DNA of 32,000 nt from Pyrobaculum calidifontis JCM 11548 (lineage in GTDB: Archaea > Thermoproteota > Thermoprotei > Thermoproteales > Thermoproteaceae). The notes under the pieces were generated by a model. That model saw only the letters and a program-made list of their open reading frames with translations, was not told the DNA's origin and ran no database searches. Shown here in pieces: positions 7,932-14,166 of the stretch. Each line of letters opens with the position of its first letter. The stretch's first letter is position 1. The stretch spans positions 1,560,001 to 1,592,000 of the forward strand of contig NC_009073.1 in the NCBI RefSeq assembly GCF_000015805.1. Reading direction: 5' to 3'. The position numbers and the translations under genes were made by a program.

Positions 7932-8579
7932 GTGATCGGCTGGGTGGACCATTTCGACTACTATGGCCCAATTACCGATGTAAAAATTCTGCGGGAGCCG
8001 CGCTTTCTGCTGTCAGCGATAATCATAGGCCCCTCGGAGGAGGGATTTGAACACGCCATCGCCGCGTGGAGCTCCTTTGGGACTCTAGAGGTGGTTGAGG
8101 GCGTGTACGCATATTTGATGCAAATGAAGAGGGGGCTTCTCACGAAGAAAGAGCTGGCGCACAAGCTAATCCCCCTATTGCAAAAGGCCACAGTAGCGGA
8201 CATCCTCGCCCTCCAGAGGGTGTTAAAGCTCGGCGCCGGGTTTACCACCTGCGACATTGGCTTAGTGGTGCTTTCCCACGTCCCGGTAGTCGGCGCAACG
8301 CCGCCGAGGCGCCCCTCAACTGTTCTACTTGAAAAGATGGGAGAGGAGTCCGTGGTCTATGTGGCCAGAAATAACGAGGGGTCTCCCGTCTACGACTTAG
8401 AGACCATGTGTATAATGCCCATGTCTGAGGGAGAGGCGCCCCACCCCTTGTACGCTGCCTACTTGAGGGGGTACAAAGTGGTGACTGAGGGCATCCCCGG
8501 GGAGGGCGACTTATGCGTCGTGCACAAGAGGCTGGGCGTCAGGTGTCGTAATCTTTGGCAGTTCCCAACGACGCCATAG
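7932..8579 (+). CDS. Hypothetical protein (215 aa)
   Basis: The ORF has a GTG start at 7932, about 24 nt downstream of the AT box at 7903-7915. I recognise no motif. Its 3' end overlaps the convergent TRIC gene by 69 nt. Confidence 0.55.
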   Translation: MIGWVDHFDYYGPITDVKILREPRFLLSAIIIGPSEEGFEHAIAAWSSFGTLEVVEGVYAYLMQMKRGLLTKKELAHKLIPLLQKATVADILALQRVLKLGAGFTTCDIGLVVLSHVPVVGATPPRRPSTVLLEKMGEESVVYVARNNEGSPVYDLETMCIMPMSEGEAPHPLYAAYLRGYKVVTEGIPGEGDLCVVHKRLGVRCRNLWQFPTTP

Positions 8580-9173
8580 CGATACAATCCTAATGGCTGT
8601 GACTGACGCAATTGTTGTAAACATGGCGGCCTCACGGCCCGCGGGAAGCGTGGCCAAATATATAATGCCGCCAACGGCGGCCGCCGTTGCGTAGATCTCT
8701 CTTCTCAAGATCTGTGGAATTTCGCCAGCGAGGACGTCCCGCACTACTCCGCCGCCCGCAGCCGTGATTGAGGCCAGCGCCGCGACTAAAAACCAGCTCT
8801 CCGACGCGGAGTAGCCGTGTTTCAGGGCGAAGCTAGCCGCTACGTCTGCGCCTATCGCAGAGAATGCGCCGAGGCCAACTGCGTCCGGGTAGAGGAATAA
8901 GTCTTTGTATGATCTGACGCGTGGGTATAGTATGAAGGTGGCCACGGAGGCGGCCACAGCCGTCAGGGAATACGGTAAATAGATTAGGTTTACCGGGGGC
9001 ACTCTGCCCAACAGCACGTCTCTTATTATTCCGCCGGCCAAAGCTGTGGAGAAGCCGAGGGTTATCACTCCCAGCAAGTCCATGTTCTTCTCCCCTGCCT
9101 TTAATGCCCCAGATACGGCGAAGGCGACAATTCCGACGTAGTTCAATACCTCTAGGACCGCCTCGGCGTGCAT
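8511..9173 (-). CDS. TRIC / UPF0126 family membrane protein (trimeric intracellular cation channel-like)
   Basis: 220-aa polytopic membrane ORF with the duplicated UPF0126 glycine motif (LAGGIIRDVLLG and AAGGGVVRDVLAG). Confidence 0.8.
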   Translation of the reverse strand: MHAEAVLEVLNYVGIVAFAVSGALKAGEKNMDLLGVITLGFSTALAGGIIRDVLLGRVPPVNLIYLPYSLTAVAASVATFILYPRVRSYKDLFLYPDAVGLGAFSAIGADVAASFALKHGYSASESWFLVAALASITAAGGGVVRDVLAGEIPQILRREIYATAAAVGGIIYLATLPAGREAAMFTTIASVTAIRIVSLWRRWELPKITTPDAQPLVHDA

Positions 9174-9616
9174 AAGCCCAAGCGCTCGGCAATCGCCACG
9201 TCGTCTATAACCGGCTTTACGAATTTTATGAAACGCGCCACATCTCTTCTCCTGTAGACAACTGTGAAACGGCGTTGGCCGCCCTCGTCTGTGGTCTCCA
9301 GGGGTCTTATGCCAAGAAGAGACAGCGAATTTCTCACCCTTCTATCCCACAGCCTTATTATTAACACCATGTCGCCTCCGTGGGGGTCCGCTAGGAAGAG
9401 CTCGCCGTGTGCCTCAAATACGCCCTTGAGGAAGTATACATGTTCCAGGAGAGTTGTCGGCTTGTACCTGCAGAACTCCTCGGGCAACTCCGCCGCGTCT
9501 CCCTCAACTCTGAAGCCTAAGTCTCTCAGCCACATCGAGATGTGGGGCCTCAACCCCCTCACAACGCAGCCGCCTGCCGCGAGGCCGGCGATGTAGGCCC
9601 TCGTAGCCCTATTCAT
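9152..9616 (-). CDS. LAGLIDADG-fold-like protein, catalytic acidic residues not conserved in motif 1
   Basis: 154-aa ORF. YIAGLAAGG (9569-9595) and YFLKGVFEAHGE (9401-9436) resemble LAGLIDADG helices. The region after motif 2 follows the beta-beta-alpha-beta-beta-alpha pattern (FLADPHGG / MVLIIRL / RNSLSLLGIRP / RRFTVVY / RDVARFIKFV). The ATG overlaps the LigT stop by 8 nt. Confidence 0.5.
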   Translation of the reverse strand: MNRATRAYIAGLAAGGCVVRGLRPHISMWLRDLGFRVEGDAAELPEEFCRYKPTTLLEHVYFLKGVFEAHGELFLADPHGGDMVLIIRLWDRRVRNSLSLLGIRPLETTDEGGQRRFTVVYRRRDVARFIKFVKPVIDDVAIAERLGLCTPRRS

Positions 9617-10076
9617 GGAGGTGGACTGTGAATACGGGCATGTAGGAGCCCTCTGTGGTGTCTAGGAGGTGGATGGCCCTCACTTCGAAGGATGTGCCGA
9701 CGTAGCTACGTGCGTTTTCTACCGCGTCTCTCAAGTCCTCAGATGTCGGTCTCTTTAGGCGCACTGCGTAGACGGTGAGGTGGGGCTTAAACTCTGCGTG
9801 CCTCTCCTCTACTACGCCGGGCAAAGCCGCCGCGAGCAACGTCCTCAAGGCGGCGAATTCCCCATATGGCTCCACTCTCAGCGCAATGTATCGCGGTCTC
9901 GCCTCGCTGGGGAGCAAAATCACAGGTCCCACCGTGGCTACAAAAGGCCTATACCGCAACTCGACCTTCACAGGCCGGCTGACTTTGACCAGGGTGATGT
10001 GCGGCTTGACGGGGGAAATGCCTTCGAGGGGGCGGAGCGGCGGCAGAGGGGGCAATATGCCGTAGACGTAGCCCAT
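9609..10076 (-). CDS. ligT: 2H phosphoesterase superfamily protein (LigT/ThpR-type RNA 2',3'-cyclic phosphodiesterase / 2'-5' RNA ligase)
   Basis: It has two H-x-T-x motifs (KPHITLV and KPHLTVY) about 73 residues apart. ORF 9609..10118 was trimmed to ATG 10076, which lies about 23 nt downstream of the AT box at 10094-10104. GTG 10118 and ATG 10106 are alternatives. Confidence 0.8.
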   Translation of the reverse strand: MGYVYGILPPLPPLRPLEGISPVKPHITLVKVSRPVKVELRYRPFVATVGPVILLPSEARPRYIALRVEPYGEFAALRTLLAAALPGVVEERHAEFKPHLTVYAVRLKRPTSEDLRDAVENARSYVGTSFEVRAIHLLDTTEGSYMPVFTVHLHE

Positions 10077-10093
10077 TGTAGCAATTTGGGCAG

Positions 10094-10104
10094 ATTTATA
10101 TAAC
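10094..10104 (-). promoter_or_regulatory. TATA-like AT box for ligT
   Basis: The minus strand reads gttatataaat, centred about 23 nt upstream of ATG 10076. Confidence 0.45.
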
Positions 10105-10136
10105 ATGAGGCGCCGCACGCACGGCTGGTTGTCGCG

Positions 10137-11906
10137 TCAAATGTAGTACAGCTCTCCTCTCTCTTTCTGTTCTCTGTCTAACACCGAGCCGGGCTTGTTG
10201 AGCCGCGGCCTACCTGACTTGACGTCGCGTCTAAAGGAGGCGTCGGCCCATTTGAGGAACATGTTCATTCCTGTCCTCATGTCTACTACGCCTGGCGACT
10301 TACCCCTCACCCCTGGCTCACCTAAGAACGGCATTATGGCATTTGACATATAGTCCAGCATTGCTATGTCGTGTTCTACCACCAGCATGGCCACTTCGCT
10401 CTCTTCTATAATCCGCCGAATTGTCCTCGCCACTGTGATCCTCTGCTCAACGTCTAGGTATGCCATCGGCTCGTCTAAGACGTAGAGGTCGGCCTTCTTA
10501 AGCAAGGCGGCCGCCACGACGACTCTCTGGAGCTCTCCGCCGGAGAGCTCCCCCATCTTTTTCTCAAGGAGGGGGGTCAAGTTGAAGCTTGAGTTCAAGT
10601 CGGGCCATATTGGGTTTTCCGAGTAGTCTCCTACCTGCTGGGCAAGCCACAGGCCCACAGGCACGTCTTGGTTTTTGACCGCTATGTCTCTTACGTACTG
10701 TGGCTTATAGCTAATTCTAAGCGTCGTGCTTACGGCGCCCTTCGCAGGTTTCACCTCCCCCACGAGGGCTCTTAGGAAAGTTGTCTTTCCAATTCCGTTG
10801 GGGCCTATTACGCCGACTACCTCCCCCTTCGCTATATACGATGCCGACACCTCCAGAGTGAAGCCTCCCAGGTCTATGAGCAAGTCTTCCCACTCCACGA
10901 GGCGGGCCGCCCTACCTCCTTTCCTCTCGGGGGGCCTTGTCTCAAATTTTATAGGGCGGTCTCTAATCCGCATGTTCTCGGATGAGATGTAGCCAGAGAG
11001 GTACTCGTTTATCGCCTCTCTGGCCCCAGCTGGGTATGACACTATGCCGTAGGCCCCAGGCTTGCCGTATACTATCACCACGTTGTCCGCCAAGAAGTCC
11101 AGCACCGTTAGATCGTGCTCGATTACTAGTACGTACTTGCCCGCGGCTCCCTCTCTAATGGCGTCGGCGACTTTGACCCTCTCCACTATGTCTAGGTGCG
11201 TGGCAGGCTCGTCGAATATGTAGACGTCGGCGTCTTTTGAAAGCGCGGCCGCCACTGCCAACTTCTGGAGCTCGCCTCCCGAAAGATTCTCAACAGGCCG
11301 CTCCAGGAGCTTGTCTAGTCCAAATCTGCGGAGAAGCTCCTCCTTTATGCCCGCCTTCTTGACCACATCGCCCACTGTGCCCTTTAGGTACATGGGTATC
11401 AGCTCTATGTACTGTATCTTGTGCACCGTCCTAAGCTTCTTGGCGTAGAGCTCTGAGAAGTAGGTCTGGAGCTCTGTGCCTCTAAACCTCTTGACCACTT
11501 CCTCTGGAGTCGCTTGGCCGTCGCCGCAGAGGTTGGGCACAAGCTCCCCTGCCAAAATCCTTGCCATAGTCGTCTTCCCCAGCGCGTTGCGGCCCAAGAT
11601 GCCGACCACCTTGCCCTTCCTCAAGATGGGGAGTCTGTACAGCTTAAATCCGCTTGGGCCATACCTGTGGACGCACTCGCCCTCGAGCTCGTCGGGCAGA
11701 TTTACAATGGTAATGGCGTCGAAGGGGCATTTGTGGACACATATGCCGCAACCTATGCAGAGAGCCTCAGATATAACCGCCTTCTTTAGCTGTTCGTCGA
11801 TGTATACAACTTTCCCACTCTTATTCACCGGGCAGTATTTTACACACTCGTGTCCACACTTCCTCGGTTGGCACGCATCTCTGTCCACCACCGCGATGCG
11901 GACCAC
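10137..11906 (-). CDS. abce1: ABCE1 / RNase L inhibitor (Rli1) ribosome-recycling ATPase
   Basis: 589-aa ORF with a GTG start. The N-terminal domain has two 4Fe-4S cysteine clusters (CQPRKCGHECVKYCP; CIGCGICVHKCP). It is followed by two ABC cassettes (Walker A GRNALGKTT / GPNGIGKTT; LSGGELQ signatures twice). Confidence 0.95.
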   Translation of the reverse strand: MVRIAVVDRDACQPRKCGHECVKYCPVNKSGKVVYIDEQLKKAVISEALCIGCGICVHKCPFDAITIVNLPDELEGECVHRYGPSGFKLYRLPILRKGKVVGILGRNALGKTTMARILAGELVPNLCGDGQATPEEVVKRFRGTELQTYFSELYAKKLRTVHKIQYIELIPMYLKGTVGDVVKKAGIKEELLRRFGLDKLLERPVENLSGGELQKLAVAAALSKDADVYIFDEPATHLDIVERVKVADAIREGAAGKYVLVIEHDLTVLDFLADNVVIVYGKPGAYGIVSYPAGAREAINEYLSGYISSENMRIRDRPIKFETRPPERKGGRAARLVEWEDLLIDLGGFTLEVSASYIAKGEVVGVIGPNGIGKTTFLRALVGEVKPAKGAVSTTLRISYKPQYVRDIAVKNQDVPVGLWLAQQVGDYSENPIWPDLNSSFNLTPLLEKKMGELSGGELQRVVVAAALLKKADLYVLDEPMAYLDVEQRITVARTIRRIIEESEVAMLVVEHDIAMLDYMSNAIMPFLGEPGVRGKSPGVVDMRTGMNMFLKWADASFRRDVKSGRPRLNKPGSVLDREQKERGELYYI

Positions 11907-11922
11907 GGCGGTAGAATGACAT

Positions 11923-11935
11923 ACCTAAATAAACC
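11923..11935 (-). promoter_or_regulatory. TATA-like AT box for abce1
   Basis: The minus strand reads ggtttatttaggt, centred about 23 nt upstream of GTG 11906. Confidence 0.45.
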
Positions 11936-11951
11936 TCCATAAAGCCGTGTG

Positions 11952-12179
11952 TTAGAAGTAGTTGGCCAGCGTTAAGATAATTATCACTAAAGCCAGCGCA
12001 AGTCCAACCACGCGCCGCGTCTTCCTGAACACCCCGGAGAGGTAGAATAAAGAGAGTGTGAACAATGCCGCCATTACGCGGCCTCCGTACTCGCCGAAGC
12101 CCAACGCGGCGAACAGCGTGGCAAGCAACGTGAACGCCCCCTTTACTATGTACCACACAGATGAATAATCTAGCGGCAT
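11952..12179 (-). CDS. Small two-TM membrane protein (75 aa)
   Basis: Only the C-terminal part of ORF 11952..12536 is plausible. The ATG at 12179 (alternative 12200) gives MPLDYSSVWYIVKGAFTLLATLF...LALALVIIILTLANYF, which has two hydrophobic helices. The start overlaps the GT2 stop by 10 nt. Confidence 0.45.
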   Translation of the reverse strand: MPLDYSSVWYIVKGAFTLLATLFAALGFGEYGGRVMAALFTLSLFYLSGVFRKTRRVVGLALALVIIILTLANYF

Positions 12180-13234
12180 ATCCGACGCCCCCTCCACCAT
12201 ACACACTTGACAAATGCCGAGGCCCACACGGCGAGCGGTAGCACTACGTTGCCCACGAGCCATGTGGCAACCACTTGACTCATCTTGACCGGCGTCCCGG
12301 AGTACTTTGCCACCCCCCTTGCCCTCACCAAGTCCTTGGCCAAGTTGATTGGGTGTAAAACCAGCCCGGTCAAAAGCTCGGGGTGAGAGAGGAGGAGACC
12401 GGCGAGGGGCAACGCGATGGATAGTAGAAAGCCTATTGTATAAATGGCCACGCCTGCGTACCACCCCGCTGGGGCGTGCCACTTCACCATCAAGATCTGG
12501 CGGATGCCCCACATAAACGCCTCTCTCAGCCGGCACTCTGGGTCTGGAGTGGGGGCTATAGCCGCCTTTGAGAACCAGATGGAGCCACCTAGCTCTTTTA
12601 TGGCTGAGTATACGGCATAGTCATCGCTTACATACTTGGGAAGTCTGGCGGCTAACTTCGACTTATCCACGACCTCGCGCCTAAGCGCCGTGGATCCCCC
12701 CCAGACAAACCTCGACCGCTTGTCTAACATGGCGGGGAAGCCCATGTTGCTTATTGCAAGCCTCACCTTGTGGCAGAGGCCTCTGCCGAGGTACCATCGA
12801 TATGTCGTAGCCGCGTGGTACTTAGAGAGAGGCGCCGTCAAGCGGTGGAGCCACAGGGGGCCTGGCCTAATGTCGTCGTCGGCGAAGACTATGCAATCGC
12901 CGTCGGCGTATTTAAGCGCCGTGGCCAAGGCGGCGCTCTTCCCCTCTCCCTCGTTTAAAACTACTCTGCCAAACTTGCTCGCCAAGCTGTACGCCGGGTC
13001 GTCCGCGCTGTCTACTACAAAGATGTATTCTGCAGCCGCATCTACCTTCTGCGCAGCGATTGCCCTCAGGTTCTCCTCAGTCCACGGGGCCACGCCCCTC
13101 ATCGGTATTACCACCGTGATTTTCCCACAAGATTGCCCACCGTCAAACTCGCCGCTTCTCCAAAAGAGGTACTCTCTCACTAATCCTGCCACTGCGAGGG
13201 CTATGAATGGCGATATCAAGACGGCGTACCACAT
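12170..13234 (-). CDS. Family 2 glycosyltransferase, membrane-integrated (ceramide-glucosyltransferase-like architecture)
   Basis: 354-aa ORF with an N-terminal TM. The GT-A core has VVIPMRG, VVDSADDP and the FADDDIRP (DxD) motif. The C-terminal region has several TM helices. Confidence 0.85.
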   Translation of the reverse strand: MWYAVLISPFIALAVAGLVREYLFWRSGEFDGGQSCGKITVVIPMRGVAPWTEENLRAIAAQKVDAAAEYIFVVDSADDPAYSLASKFGRVVLNEGEGKSAALATALKYADGDCIVFADDDIRPGPLWLHRLTAPLSKYHAATTYRWYLGRGLCHKVRLAISNMGFPAMLDKRSRFVWGGSTALRREVVDKSKLAARLPKYVSDDYAVYSAIKELGGSIWFSKAAIAPTPDPECRLREAFMWGIRQILMVKWHAPAGWYAGVAIYTIGFLLSIALPLAGLLLSHPELLTGLVLHPINLAKDLVRARGVAKYSGTPVKMSQVVATWLVGNVVLPLAVWASAFVKCVWWRGRRICR

Positions 13235-13252
13235 GCCTCTCTGAAGGCGGCT

Positions 13253-13269
13253 GTTTAAAACTATTTAAG
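13253..13269 (-). promoter_or_regulatory. TATA-like AT box for the GT2 gene
   Basis: gtttaaaactatttaag has its first AT core centred about 24 nt upstream of ATG 13234. Confidence 0.45.
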
Positions 13270-13323
13270 TGCAGTGGACATGTGTACATCATAGCTTGAG
13301 TTTATTGGAAATTGGGAGATGTG

Positions 13324-13333
13324 GTATATATTT
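13324..13333 (+). promoter_or_regulatory. TATA-like AT box for the RHH gene
   Basis: gtatatattt is centred about 22 nt upstream of ATG 13351. Confidence 0.5.
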
Positions 13334-13350
13334 CCCCCAGTCTCTACCAC

Positions 13351-13863
13351 ATGAGCAATGTGAAAGAATTCGACTTGACCTATGCGGATTTGTTCAGGGC
13401 CCCGGATAGAGAGGGCGCCATAGTCTCCGTGCGTGTACACAGGAAGGTCAAGGCAGTGCTCGAGGAGTTGGCGAAGAGGGAGGGGCTCGACGGCGTCTCT
13501 GAGCTAGTCAGATACCTCATAGCTGGCTACCTCCTTGGCAAATATGGGATAGAGAGGCCGAGGGAGAAGGTGTTAGTAGAGCCAATAGTGTTGACGGTAA
13601 ACGTAAATAAAAGGGGCGAGGCTGTTGAAGATGCAGTTGAGGCAGAGCTCGCCCTAGAGGAGATAGGCAACGTCATTAGAGATGTGGAGGACTACTTGAG
13701 GAAAGTTAAGGCGGGGCTTGCGTCGAAGAACCCCGAGATAGCCATGCGTCTCGCAAAGAGGGTAGCCAAGGCGCTTAAGACCGCTAAGAAGTTCGGCCTC
13801 GAGGAGGAGTATATGAAGCTTGTCAAACTTAAGACGCAGTTGTCTATGATAGAAAGTTTTTAA
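13351..13863 (+). CDS. Ribbon-helix-helix (CopG/Arc-like) domain protein with long helical C-terminal extension
   Basis: ORF 13312..13863 (TTG) was trimmed to ATG 13351, about 22 nt downstream of the AT box at 13324-13333. IVSVRVHRKVKAVLEELAKREGLDGVSELVRYLIAGYL (about 13417-13536) fits a beta-strand/helix/helix RHH pattern. The remainder is E/K-rich and helical. Confidence 0.6.
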   Translation: MSNVKEFDLTYADLFRAPDREGAIVSVRVHRKVKAVLEELAKREGLDGVSELVRYLIAGYLLGKYGIERPREKVLVEPIVLTVNVNKRGEAVEDAVEAELALEEIGNVIRDVEDYLRKVKAGLASKNPEIAMRLAKRVAKALKTAKKFGLEEEYMKLVKLKTQLSMIESF

Positions 13864-13884
13864 GACCGCCTCTACACAGCCCTG

Positions 13885-14166
13885 ATGCCGCTGTGTAGTA
13901 AGTGGGAGAGCTTAATAACGTGGGCAGAGAAGGGTGGCAACAGCTACAAGGCTCTTGAGTTCAGGGAGAAGCTAGTGGAGTGTATAGTCTACACAGCCAC
14001 TGAAAAGGTCAAGAAGAAAAAACTCGACGAGGCGGAGGAGCTGTTGAAATACGGCAAAGAGGTAGCCAAGAAGTTTAACATCGAGGAATTGAACTTCCAC
14101 ATCGCGCTCCTCGAAAAAGAGATCTCTAAGATTCGCCAGAGGCGCGCCCAGGCTCAGACTAAGTAA
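13885..14166 (+). CDS. Hypothetical small helical protein (93 aa)
   Basis: The ORF has an ATG start 21 nt after the RHH gene. It is Lys/Glu-rich and helical. I recognise no motif. Confidence 0.5.
   Translation: MPLCSKWESLITWAEKGGNSYKALEFREKLVECIVYTATEKVKKKKLDEAEELLKYGKEVAKKFNIEELNFHIALLEKEISKIRQRRAQAQTK

Noticed and set aside
9152-9616. The LAGLIDADG-like gene as an active mobile homing endonuclease, intron or intein.
   Set aside because: It is not embedded in a host gene, an rRNA/tRNA gene or an intein. Motif 1 lacks acidic catalytic residues. The gene is translationally interlocked with cellular neighbours on both sides.
11952-12536. The full 194-aa ORF overlapping the GT2 gene.
   Set aside because: The N-terminal ~120 residues are an off-frame read of the GT2 3' region, with Arg/Gly-rich composition. 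Only the last 75 codons, downstream of the GT2 stop, look like a real membrane protein.
12636-13244. Long antisense ORFs opposite real genes. Examples are 12636-13244 (202 aa), 24391-24873 (160 aa), 16793-17263 (156 aa), 11476-11919 (147 aa), 21949-22398 (149 aa) and 1442-1948 (168 aa).
   Set aside because: They lie entirely inside well-supported genes on the other strand. Their composition is low-complexity Ser/Pro/Ala/Thr-rich, and they have no AT box upstream. These are the typical shadow ORFs of GC-rich coding DNA.
13287-13296. A C-box-like ATGATG on the minus strand in the GT2/RHH spacer, as a possible C/D-box sRNA.
   Set aside because: The last base deviates from RUGAUGA. No CUGA D box occurs at a suitable distance downstream on that strand, and there is no terminal stem.
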